The notes beneath the pieces are model-generated. The model worked only from the letters and a program-made list of their open reading frames with translations. It was not told the DNA's origin and did no database searches. Source: Laetmonice hystrix (lineage: Eukaryota). From it: a stretch of 64,000 bases of DNA. Every line of letters starts with the position of its first letter. Position 1 is the stretch's first letter. The stretch is from the NCBI GenBank assembly GCA_965235115.1, contig OZ249440.1, forward strand, positions 35,280,001 to 35,344,000, written 5' to 3'. Below, in pieces: positions 34,424 through 46,300 of this stretch. The translations under genes and the position numbers were made by a program.

Positions 34424-37400
34424 TATAAGTCAATTGAAGCGTTCCGAAGTTTCTTCGCCAGGCAAGGATGGCGCTGGCTCAAAGAAGAATGAGGGGGGTC
34501 CGGATCACAAGACCGTTTTGTCCCGCGAGGCGGATCCACGTCCATGGGAGGGGGTGCATCGGGTTGAGCAAGGTCGTCATGGGTCACAGGGGGCACATCT
34601 GGTTGGTCGGGAATGGTACCGGTCACGGGGGGCAAATGAACTGTTTCGGGGTCGTTATGGGTCACTGGAGGGTCTGAGCTGCATGACGGCCGCGGCTGAC
34701 CGTCGTCGCGAGGCGCAAGTCGGCGCCGCTCGAGCGGTAAATGGGGAGGTCGGCGGTGACGCTTGACTCGCGGGTTAACATCGTCCCAGTCCAAATCAGG
34801 GTCCACTAATAAAATTTTGTCGCGATTCAGGGTTTTCCTGGCACCGGACCGCTGATCGGTCACGGTGACAACAGGACCGCGCACAGCCACAACAGTGTAT
34901 AAGTAGTCCCAATGGGGATCTAATGGTGCTCTTTCGTTAACTTTGAGGAGAACCTTATCCCCAACTTGAATCGTGTTGGCGGAAGCACGCGCCTCCAAAC
35001 GTTGCCGGTTATAACGGCGAGAATTTTCGGTATTTGACGCTGAGAGACGGAAAGCATCCGCCAAAACATCAAATCGGCGCACCGCGTCCGCGTCATCGGG
35101 CGGTCGGGCCCATAAAAAACGAGACAGGGGAACTCGCGGTTCTCTCCCGTATTGCAGAAAATAAGGCGAGAACCCAGTCGCATCGTGACGGGTAATCCGG
35201 TACGACCACAGCGCGGCACCCAGCTCATCCTCCCAAGACTCAGCATTACAGTTGGTTAACTTTCGTAGGAGAGATTTTAGAGTGCGATGCGCTCTCTCAA
35301 TCTTCCCATTAGTCTGGGGGTGATAGGGTGTGCTGCGCCGGTGGTCGGTACCTATCAACCTTAAATATGCCTCCAAGTCACGGCCCCGGAATTCTAGACC
35401 TTGATCCGTGATAAGGATCTCGGGCGCTCCGTAACGAGGGACAAGTTGGTTCTTAACATAACAAAAAACTTCCTGTTGTGACTTAGCCCTGATAGGGGTA
35501 GCATCAAGCCAACCGGAATTATGGTCAATAGCCGTCAATAAGTATCGCATGCCCGAACGGGTGGGCGTCAGAGGGCCAACAATGTCTAAGGCCATGACCT
35601 GACCGGGGTAATGAGCAACAGGCATCTCGGAGGGGGGCGGGTAGTGCCGTCTCTTGCTATGCACGCGACAAAGTGCGCATCGGTATACATCGTTTTGCAC
35701 TGACCGCCACTGGCCTGGCCATTTGTAAGTGCGCTGTACACAATACAGGGTTTTACGACCACCCTGGTGTCCGATAGTCACGTGCGCGTTATTAACCACG
35801 GTCGACCGAAACTGAGGCGGTAATAAAACGCGGGGGTAGGTAAGCTGACCTGAGGGAGGTCGTAGAGTACACAAATACCCGTCATGGAGGGTGTATTCGT
35901 CATCAATACCCAATTGGCCGAATTCCGGTAGAGCGCGTTGTGCATCCTTAACAATAGCAGGATCCAAACCATCGGCGCGTATCGAGTTATCGAGGTGGTC
36001 ACGGTCAAGATGAGGGTCACTCGCGGCCACGTCAGCATCGATGACCGCCACCGGACTGTTGTCAACAACTTTTATGCGGGACAACATATCGGCGCGCACA
36101 TTGTTCGATCCTTTTGTGTACCGGATAGGTGCACCATATTCGGCAATAAAACTTTTCCACCGCTGGATCTTAGTATTCTGGACTTCCCGTAAGAACAACG
36201 CCTTTAAAGGTTTATGGTCCGTAAAAATCTCGAACTGGGCGCCATAAAGATATGGCCTGAGAACGGTCAGGGCGTGAACAACAGCAAACGCCTCTCGTTC
36301 AATAGCGGACCAACGTTGCTGCGCATGATTAAGGGTTTTAGAAATGTATTGTACTGGCCGTTCTATGTTTTCGGAATCGAGCTGCGTTAAAATACCGCCA
36401 ACCGCGTACTGACTGGCATCAGTATACAGCTTATATGGCGCATCAAGCTGGGGATACGCCATGACTGAATCGCTCGTCAACGCATTTCGTAAATGGTCAA
36501 AAGCGGCTTGACACTCATCCGACCAAATAAACCTACTGTGTTTACGCGTAAGGTGCACTAAAGGTGCCGCGTGATGCGAAAACATCGGTATTAACTGCCG
36601 GTAATAGCCAGCCATTCCTAGAAATCGGCGTATGCCACGCACATCGGTCGGAGCTGGCATATCGCGAAGGGCTCAGGGGATATTCCATCACCACTCACAA
36701 CGTACCCTAAAAGTTTTATAGACGGTTCGCAAAAAGTACACTTCGATTCCTTAACAGTAAGACCGTGAGACCTTAATGCCTCAAAAACGGCATGCACATC
36801 GCGCTCGTGATCGTCGGGATTGCGACTGAAAATAACGATATCGTCCAGAAATACTAGAACGCACGTACCTAACAATGGACCGAGGACAGAGTGCATAGCG
36901 CGCTGGAAAAAAGCTGGCGCATTTGATACACCGAACGGCATTCGCAAAAATTCGTAAAGACCAGTGGGCGTGACAAACCCAGTGTATGGTATTGACTCTG
37001 GAGCGACCGGTAGCTGGAAAAAACCGTTTTTTAAATCTAAGGAACTAAAGATGGTTGCTCCAGTAAGCGAATCAAAAATATCCTGAATCCGAGGTAAAGG
37101 ATAGGCATCTTTCTTTGTAACTGAATTTAAGGCACGGTAATCGACGCAAAAACGCATTGAGCCATCCTTTTTCGGCTGGAGCGTAACGGGACTAGCCCAT
37201 GCCGATGAGGACGGGCGTATAATTCCCTGCTCGAGCATGTCGGCAACTTGCTCGTCAATTACCGCCCTTTTTGTAAGCGGCACCCTATATGGGCGCTGCC
37301 GGATTGGTCTAGTACCTTCCTCTACCTCAATTTCGAATTCCACGTCAACTTTACAGCCAAGCGGCCTTGGTTGGCCAAAAACATCGGGAAATTCCGCCTT

Positions 37401-37844
37401 CCAAAAATCGAGGGCTGACAGCGAGGTTTCAGCAACCTCCCGAGCTGTGTCCCTAGCACGTACGGCGGCACTCTGCCCCATTAAAATTACGGTATTGCTA
37501 TACAAATCGAGCTTTGCCTGTAAAAGGCGCAAGGCATCGTCTCCTAACAAAAAGTCATGTTGTAGTTCCGAGACTACAATAACGGGTACAGAACGGCCAC
37601 GGATGGTGATTTCCGTTGCACCTAGCGCGGGCAATAAATCACCGCTAAGCGAACGTATAGGATCGGCAGGCCCAAGATAGGTGGGGAGACCGCGAGCGCG
37701 TCTGTATACATCCCACTTGTCCTTACGTAACAGGGTGCGGGCAGCGCCTGTGTCTACCAAAGTACGTAATCTACAACCAGCCGCCCACACGTCAATGACC
37801 AGTCGCCCGTCTACTGGCGCCTGGGCGGCTGCTGCCCGTTTCCC
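34423..37844 (-). pseudogene. pol: Pol (protease-RT-RNase H-integrase), one frameshift near 36668
   Basis: LVDTGA, RFCVDYRALN, FLDD, YTDAS, TDHKPL, HHCC, DIVGP, TDQG, HPQTNGKIER. Residues are missing after GISPEP and the frame changes there. Confidence 0.92.
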
Positions 37845-38695
37845 TGGGCCTGGCAGTCGCGCCTAATGTGGCCTAGGCGACCACAACCGTAACATCGAAT
37901 GTTTGATTTGGACTGGTCGGAGGGTCAGGTCGTTTTATACCGAGACCGCTGTGAATCATGGCCGGAACCCTCAGGCAGACGATTCATAATCTGCCCGAGT
38001 TGTTTTTGGAAACCGCGGAGTTGATTCGCAACAACTTTAGAGACTACAGTCTCAAGGTCGCCTTCCGCGGAACTGCCCTTTTTACCCGCGCTCGGGGGTG
38101 GTATGGCATCGACATCCATGGGCTCCTCCCTGCGGGTGGGAGCTTGGCGAACCCACAACCTCGCGTTCGCCCCGAGGCGCGCCTGTTCAAAGGCAGCCTC
38201 CATTGTTTCGGGCTGCTCGGCGGCGACGCTCATACGAAGAGCCTCGTCGGTCAGCCCGTTAACGAACTGGCGAATAAGTCGCCGGCGCAACTTCTCGTTT
38301 TGAGTGTCTTCAACCGTATACGCGCGGTTAAAGCGGTAACGGTATTGCGCTATATAGTCGGACACAGTCTGGTATGGCGACTGTGCATAACTGTCTGCAT
38401 CAAAGATGCGGCGGTCGGCCTCGCTGGCATCTACTAACGTCTCTCGCAAATGAGCGACTAACGTAGCCGGAGTCGCTTCTTCGGCCTGATAGCGACGGAC
38501 ATCTTGCAGCAAGGACCCGGCAGCCGACTTAACTAAAAAACGCTTAAACATTACGAGGTCCATCCCCGGAACATATTCGACAACCAGTGCCGCCCTATCT
38601 AACCATTCTCCCAACTGGACCTGGTTAGACCCGTCAGTCAGGGGCATAGATTGAAGGAATCCGGAAAGCTGCTTTTCCCGTCGGTCCTCCGCCAT
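37811..38695 (-). CDS. gag: Gag; in-frame TGA at 37925-37927 upstream of the CCHC knuckle
   Basis: 256-aa ORF with Q...TV..Y...F major-homology-like motif, QFVNGL and PMDVD. The same frame continues past TGA into CYGCGRLGHIRRDC, ending at TAG 37811. Confidence 0.85.
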
Positions 38696-39166
38696 ATTGA
38701 TTATTAATTACAAAAACAGTGAGCAATTTAAGGAAAAATTAAGAAAAAACTCAATCTTCATCACTGTCCCGCACAGGACCATTTGCGTCTTCCGGGTTGT
38801 ACGTTATGCACCGCCCATCGCTAGTAATAAGGTAACCGCAAACCACGGGACATATAACTGTGGCTTGCACCCAAATGCCAAGAATCCTAAACCAAAAAGT
38901 AAAGAAACCTCTTTCGGCAATTGTTACGTCTGCCAGGTCTATAAGTTCATCCGGGAGTTCGGAGTCACCCAGGAGGACTGTTTGCCCTAAAATGATCATC
39001 GTGAAAAAAGTAAAAATCACTTCACCTTAACTTGGCGTCACCGGAGCATGACGAGACTGCTACCGCTCCGCGATAGCTACGCTCGACGACAGGGTTCGCA
39101 TCCGTGGATCAGCGGCACTGATGGGGAGCACCTATAACGGCACTGCAGCGCCCCACCAGAGGCTGA

Positions 39167-39184
39167 TCCTGGCAAAGCTCGCCA
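39167..39184 (-). promoter_or_regulatory. Primer-binding site, tRNA-Arg(ACG)-like
   Basis: TGGCGAGCTTTGCCAGGA starts 1 nt after the 5' LTR and resembles the complement of the tRNA-Arg(ACG) 3' end TCCTGGC...CTCGCCA. Confidence 0.75.
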
Positions 39185-39185
39185 C

Positions 39186-39870
39186 TGTAAAATGTGCTGC
39201 TGCGTCAGGAGCCTGTCGTCCCACTCCTGACACTGCCGCACACTTACTTGATGAAATTAAAGCATGAGAATGATGTACTGTTTAAAACATGGTGTCGCCA
39301 GGCAGCGGCGTCCCAAGCTAGAAGCTTCGTAGAATCATAGAATCTGTCTCAGTGTAGCGCTCCGAGTAAATCTCGGATCATGCTCCGGTAGAAAGTAATC
39401 GGCAGAATGCCTGTCTGCAAAAGCGTCTCTGGAAATGCGTGTCGGCAAAGAGTCTGTAAATGAGTACCTGCTGCCTGGCTCAACCGCCTTTTTATTCCAA
39501 ACCCCCGTCACCTCAGTAGGGTCACTCTTCTCAACAACAAGCAATAAAAATGATTCACCCCTCGTGAGTCCACGTCGACCATTAAAACACTTCCGATCCC
39601 GTGATCGGCTCGTGACGACTGAACGTACACGGACGGGTGATTCGAGGCGGTTTAACTCTAAGAATAAACTCTAAGAATATTATATGTGGGATACAAAATT
39701 ATATAAAGGATAATATTATAAGATTATGAGAAATGTACGATTATATAATATATAAGATACAAGATTATATGAATGGTAACATAAGGCACATAATCGATAG
39801 TATATAAGGCACATAATTGATAATGTATAGTAATACAAGGTGTATACACTTCTAAACATCGCATTTTACA
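39186..39870 (-). repeat. 5' LTR
   Basis: No differences from 31987-32671 seen by eye. Both LTRs give identical 69-aa and 79-aa ORF translations. Confidence 0.95.
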
Positions 39871-42800
39871 ATGTGAATACTGCTGTTTCAACAATGCTTG
39901 TCCATGGTTGATTTCCTCATCAGTTAACTGACAACCACTGGAAATAATCCTAATCATACTGTTAATCTTAGTAGAATCTGTTATTAAGTGGGATTGCTTT
40001 TCAACTGACTGAACTTCAGCCTTGCATGGTTTTGCTGTCGTCTTGACGAACTCCACATCAATATGTGCATGCTTTCTCTTTGTACCTGCAAGAGAAACAA
40101 ACGGCTTTTCATTAGAGGTCTGCCCACTGGAAAGAGAAGAATTTGTCACATTAGTGTTTTCTATTTCCACAGCAACATCCACAGAAACTGGCATACATGT
40201 TTCTTGGTCAGAAGGTGGTGGTCCGCTTACAACAGGCGAATTTTTCTCTGGGTCTGAAACAGAAATATCAGTATTAATGTCGACAGTATGGCATGCACGA
40301 ATAACGGGATCGTGGGAGGAGGCTGGTAGAAGCTCTCCTAGGTCGATGCAAGGTGGATCGTCACATTCTGCATCCCCTCCGTCACCGTCATCGCGTTGTA
40401 TGTCGACAGGTGACATGTACGGCTTCAGCTGGCCATACGGTAGCCAAAGAATTCGGCTCTGTGCTCTGTACAGAGCCGAAGGTCGCTGTTCAGGATTTTC
40501 GAGCGTACCCGGACAAATCCTCTGTTTTCCATGAAAAGCCCTCCCTTGTCTCTATATGTTGATGAAATATTGATAAATAAACTCAAACTAACTTATCTCT
40601 CATATCTGCAAGCTGGAAAAGCACGATGCGACACAACAAAGACAGTCACATCTCTCGAACCGAGAAATTTCAATGCTGGTTGACCGTCGGAGAGATGCAT
40701 GCTGGGATATCAAAGGCAACATGGCGGCCGGTAAAACACCGTTAAACGGGTGATCTAGACATGAATTTGACGTTGTACTATTAGAAACACTGCTTCAGGA
40801 CCCCACACACCTACTGTCGAGATAAATAGATGCCGGTGAGTTGATCAGTGCAAGCGGTGGTGGTCTGGCTGGTGTGTGGTATGACCCGCCAGGAATTTAA
40901 TTCGACTGCCTGTAAGCCTTGCTGGCTCGGCGCAAGGCTTACTACGTAGGCTAGCCATACGGATACCTGTCCACTAGGGCATGACCGTCCTGGTTTTCCA
41001 GCTGTACACGCTGCCCGTCATCTATGTCGAGAATTCTGAAATTATAAATTATATACTATTAGTGAAAATTAATTTATACAGCTATACTCCTATATGCTAG
41101 TATTATTTCCTGCGCAAATAAGAAGGAATGCCGCTTGCGTTTCCCAGATTGTAAGGGAACATGTTACTCACAACTAGGATTCAAGGGAATTATCATACCT
41201 GTATGGGCCGAGCCATTTTGACTTCCTTTGGTCCCCTTTCCTCCCGATGTTGCGCATCTCCCGCCGCAGGACACTGTCCCCGACAACCAGCTTGAAGACC
41301 TTTACACCTTTTAATTGCCCCTTTGCGTAGGTCTCTTTCTGGCGTTCTTGTGCTTTTCCTACGTTATCCAGGACCTGTAATTGGAAAGTATGTTGTAGTA
41401 AAATCATGCATACAAGCTGTAATGTTGTATATAGTAGATGTTTGGTAGTCAAAAAAGCTAAGAGGTTGGGGGCCTACTATAAAAGAAAACTAAAAATGGC
41501 TTTGACTCATCAATGGGATGCTATCTTAAAATTGTACGGTTTAGTCTTCCGTATTATTTATTCAGATATTAGGTTACGCTAACACACTGACCTTTTGATG
41601 GACGCCGGTCATGACTGGTGCCCTGTCCGTGACGTAACGGCTGAGTTCCTCTTCCGTAACATCAGTTTCAAACACATCAGATCCGTCACTTTCATGTTGT
41701 TCCATCTAAAAGAAAAACTGTCTCATGAAATATGTCACTGTAGTACAGTATAGAGCCTATTAATCTTCTTGCTTAGTAAAGTCTACATGCAGTCTAGTAC
41801 ATGCATGAAGAATGCATGAAAGTTATATTGAGACAGGTAGCCTAATAAGAGGTTTCTGAATGAATGACAATATTTTTACATCCATCAACTATCAAAATGC
41901 CCTATCAGGGTTAAGTACACCAAAGAACAGAAGCTTCTGGCTGCTTACTAACCTCTAGAGGGAGTCTTGGGATCCTGTTAAACATTAAGTAAAAGGGGCT
42001 AAACTTAGTGGATGCTTGCTTCTGGGTTCTGATGGAGAACGCTGTCTCCTCCAGGAACTGATCCCAGTTGTCTTGGTGTTCATTAATTACCTTGGCGAGG
42101 CGAGATTTTAAGGTCTGATTCGTCCTTTCGTCAAGCCCATTTGTCTGCGGATAGTAGGCAGATGTGACAACGCCGTGTATTTTAAACTGTTGGGCCAACT
42201 CGGTATTCACCTGGATACATTGAAATGTCATAATAAATGCAATGCCATAGATATGCACCTTTTGGATTTAAATCAAGGCTTAAAGTGCAACTGACATCAC
42301 ATAGGTAACTTTACTGATCTAGATAGATCACTTTGAGTTGTAGCCGTATCCCTGATAGGTTTTCTGAGAAGTCCTCTCAATTTAGAAAAATATTGAAAAT
42401 TCGAATCTCGCGCCTCATCACAGTCTCACTCCTGCCTATTCTTTACCATTGCCCCTGATGACGTCACTAGGGGAATTGGTCTTTAAAAACGGCTTACACA
42501 CAGTTCATATTCTTGTACAATAACCGCTCCTTTAAGTTAAACAACAACAAATTACATGTATTATCAGGATCTGGCACTAAATTTCATGTAAATTTTGATG
42601 TCTGTTGGACTTTAATAGTGTGTCCATTCCACAAACATTTATTAGGTTTGGGAAATGAGAATTTTCAAAATATAAACAATACTCCCATATAGCATAGTTT
42701 TAGACAGGGAATAATTCTATTGTGCTAGCTTTGTTGAGTTTGTTACTTGCACCATTTAAGTATTTTAAAGTAATATAGTAGTTATTAAAAAATCATTTAA

Positions 42801-45739
42801 AAAAGTAAAAACCAAAAAACCTTATTGACGAACTCCTTTCCTCTGTCTGAGAGAAGCTTCTCAGGAGTGGAAAAATCATAGTCCAGTGTATTCTTGGTAT
42901 TCGTACTAGAGCACATACCTGCAGATGAAGCTTCCTGTCCCCTTGCACACTTCAACCGCACTCTTGTCTTTCAGGGGAAACATGTCAACGAACTTAGTAA
43001 AGTAATCCGTGAGGGTCAGGACATACTTGTATCCTGCCTCAGTTTCCTTCATTGGTCCAATGAGGTCCATGCCTACCATGTGGAGGGGTTCTTTTACTTT
43101 GATAGGCTTCAGTTCGGGGGCTTGTGTCTTCAGTTTTTCGTGTCGCTGGCATGCATCACAGTGGGCAATCTGAAACGAAATATTCTTATCTGATTGTTGC
43201 AAGCAAAACATAATTATTGTCAGGGCTATAATTACGTGGTATGACAATACACTAATGTATGCGGGTTGTTCACGCCTGCCACATAGGAGTTAGAGATCGT
43301 ATAAATATGTACGATTGATGCATATAACTATTACAAACTAGATAATAATAGATAATAATGGCACAATGCTAAATTCCTTGTTACATCAGTCGTAGTACTC
43401 ACAAAGTATGCAACGTCTGCCTTTATTCTCTTCAAAAAAAACGATCGCTGATCTTTTGGGTTGTGGCGTTCACACCACTGTGACCCGCGGTGGGGGCAGT
43501 ATGGGTGTGCCACAGGATCCTGTCGCGTTCAGCCTTGTCAGTTATCACCCTCAGCTTCTTCTCGGTCCCTTTCGGCGTGTGAACTAACGTGTTATCTGTA
43601 AAGAGCAATAGAAGAAAACGTGTTATAACAATTAACAAATATTATAATGGCCTATTGATACCAATAAAAACATTCCGTAAAAAAACAAAAACCTGTCCAC
43701 TCCGACAAAATGACAAGAACCTGTGAGTACCGACAACATAACTGTGACCTTTACTTTATGGGTTTGTGTTACAAAAGGTCTCAGTATGCCCAAGTATGCA
43801 CTCTGTATGCCCAACTGCAGACACAAAATGCATGAACACTTAAATATGGATATGAATATTCTAGATGCATGAATGGTTCAAAGCAAATAAGTAATCATTA
43901 AATATATCTAAAAAAAAGTCGGGACCTGCGGCTTATAAACTTTATATCTGCATAGATATTGCTGAAATATAAAACATATTTATTACGTTCCATTCCTCTT
44001 CTAAGTTCTATATACAGTACACAACGCAACAAATATGTAGGAGCACACTCTAAACAATGAAGCCTATTGCAGTTCAAAGGGACATTTCAAAGGATGCCGC
44101 ATTTTCTTTGAATCTTAGGCGTGAACTTTGAGGAGAGGTCACAGTTATCAGTTCCAAAGAAAGCTGACGCATTTGACAGCTTTGGAGAGGGTCGAAAAAC
44201 CACACCTCTGGGCTGTAGACTCGCAAGCTGTGACCGTTACAGCAACATAACACCTTTGGCCTTAGCACTATTTAAAATTTACTGCAGTTTTGTACCGCCG
44301 CGTATATCTTTTATATATATATTGAAATTACAAACGAGTTAATTTCTTTCAGGCTGCATCCATTCGAGCTTTGTCCATTACAGATTGTGAGAACACTAAT
44401 TGTCTTTTGTGACATTACTAATAATATGTTTACCCTAGTTATTAGCATGTTTATTTATACTATCATTTGACTTGCCATTCCAACATGTGGTAAGGGACAC
44501 CAAATATTTGAACTGTGTACATCATTGTACACCTATTATATTATTGACCATATCATTACAAAGCAACATGAAAATAATGAAAATACTATTACCTTCAATC
44601 CGATATTGTCCTGTGCCAGTCGCCTTCCTTATTGCGCGTCTTCTGTTGTCGTTGGTTCCAGGAAGATGTTGGCCATTAATAATATAATGCTGGATTCCTT
44701 GCAGGCTCTGTCTTGTCTTCTTCCATTCTGATAGGTTACAAAATAAATAGAAACGCATGAAGTCGATTGTTTTGACATTCAAAGACATATCGTATCGTGG
44801 AGACTTTGCTAAGTGCAACCGATACTTGTAACCTAATACTAGTACCTACAACCCTTTTGAGTCTACACAGCTAGGCTTAGGGGTCTGGTTACGGATATTT
44901 TAGCCATATCTAGGGTAATGTAGGTAAATAAAACGAAGACTTAATGGTAAGACCTACTGCATGTAATGTTCTGTCGGAGTACAACATAATAAAATGATAT
45001 CGTTTAGATAAGGTAATATATACCAAGGCAAAGGTTCTGAAACAGCCACTACAGCATACCTTCTTTGTACAAAATAGGCCTAGTAGGGCCTACTAGATCC
45101 TTTGCTGTAACAATACAGAATTTGTCCTAAGGTTGATTTGCTTTGTAAGGTAACAAGTAACAATGCGCCCTAGGGTAACTGAAAAATGAAAACACAACGT
45201 CTTACCTCGGCGGTGCAGGAACAACTGGACTGGGCCTCTGGCTGTTGCTGTCCGAGGCACGGTTTTCCCGCCTTCACGGCTGAGGGCGCTCGCGGTTCTG
45301 GATTTTGATTGGATGTAGGAACTTTCGGACCGACAGGAACCCCGGGACCGTGACACCGGTCACGGCTATGACCCCCTGCTAGTGCGCGACCGTCACGCTT
45401 GAGTGCACCACGTGGAACACAGCTGACAAGTGTTGATAAACTGAGCACCACCCGCAAGGAGAGGCTAAGGTCTATTACCAGGGAGGCGATGGCTGACATA
45501 CTCGGCAACTCCCAACCCAACACGGACCATGGTGATGGTGGTGGTCCACTCAATTGCAACAGAGCAATTAGAGACGAGAAAGACTAGCGAGAAGATACAG
45601 GCTACGTTGGAGAGAATGGATGGCATTGAGTAGAGGATGACGGCCATCAAGGAGAACAAGATGGCCAAGAGACGGCCAGGTCATTGACTCCTGGGCACGA
45701 CCGTTTTTTTCTAAATGGGATAATATTCACACGCACCCG

Positions 45740-46300
45740 CTCATTATTCATGGGGCTAAGAACAAGCTCATGAACCCGACTGTTATGCACTTTTGATGTT
45801 ATTTTCCTGAATGAGGTAAAGTCAGCAACACCCATCAGCCTACCAGGGTATGTCTGCTACCAAGGTCAAGGCGAGAACATCGTGGCGGATGTACGATGTT
45901 TGTCAAGAACTACCTCACACAGCACATCGCAAGAGTGAAGACACCACACACTGAATGTGTCATCCATCAGTTACTTTTGTAGCATGATACATGTGAGCGA
46001 CTCACACTAGCACACCTTTGAACCCATTAGTGAACTGTTGGACAGAATTGAGAAAGATCCAGAAAAAAAGCGTGATTGTAATTGGAGACTTCAATGCCAG
46101 ATTTGGTAACAGGAGAACACCCTTCATCGAGAACAAAGCAACTCTAAACATTACATTACAACATTACAGCCATGCTAGCACCAGAACTGATCCTCGTTAA
46201 CGGTGTGCATGGTACCACCTGAATCATTGAGGACTTTACCATACACCAGGATTCAAACTTACCATCTGACCATGCCCCAATAAGCATTAAGCTGACCACA
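45740..46300 (+). pseudogene. Old LINE APE endonuclease remnant
   Basis: Decayed FDVIFLNE, LPGY, RGG, VIGDFNARFG and SDHAPI motifs. Confidence 0.6.

Larger units (their letters stand above)
31987..39870 (-). mobile_element. Ty3/Gypsy LTR retrotransposon with env-like ORF3, complete
   Basis: Two 685-bp LTRs TGTAAAATG...CATTTTACA and a 4-bp TSD ATGT (31983-31986, 39871-39874). PBS, PPT, gag, PR-RT-RH-IN and env are present. Confidence 0.97.
31757..44760 (-). pseudogene. Intron-containing Ginger1-like transposase (Gypsy-type integrase plus C-terminal Ulp1-like protease), interrupted by an LTR element
   Basis: GT-AG exons at about 44593-44760, 43403-43595 (H...GH), 42919-43169 (CDACQ, GMDLIGP, DYFTK), 42822-42880 (SDRGKEF), 41952-42210 (PQTNGLDERTN), 41592-41705 and 41199-41374 (WLGPY). 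Then 39875-40600 (LTDEEINHGQALLKQQ) and 31760-31982 (QILH..NHWICVS..VYDS). Confidence 0.78.

Noticed and set aside
39724..40416. 230-aa ORF as an independent gene
   Set aside because: It is an exon of the Ginger-like transposase that reads through into the LTR after the insertion site.
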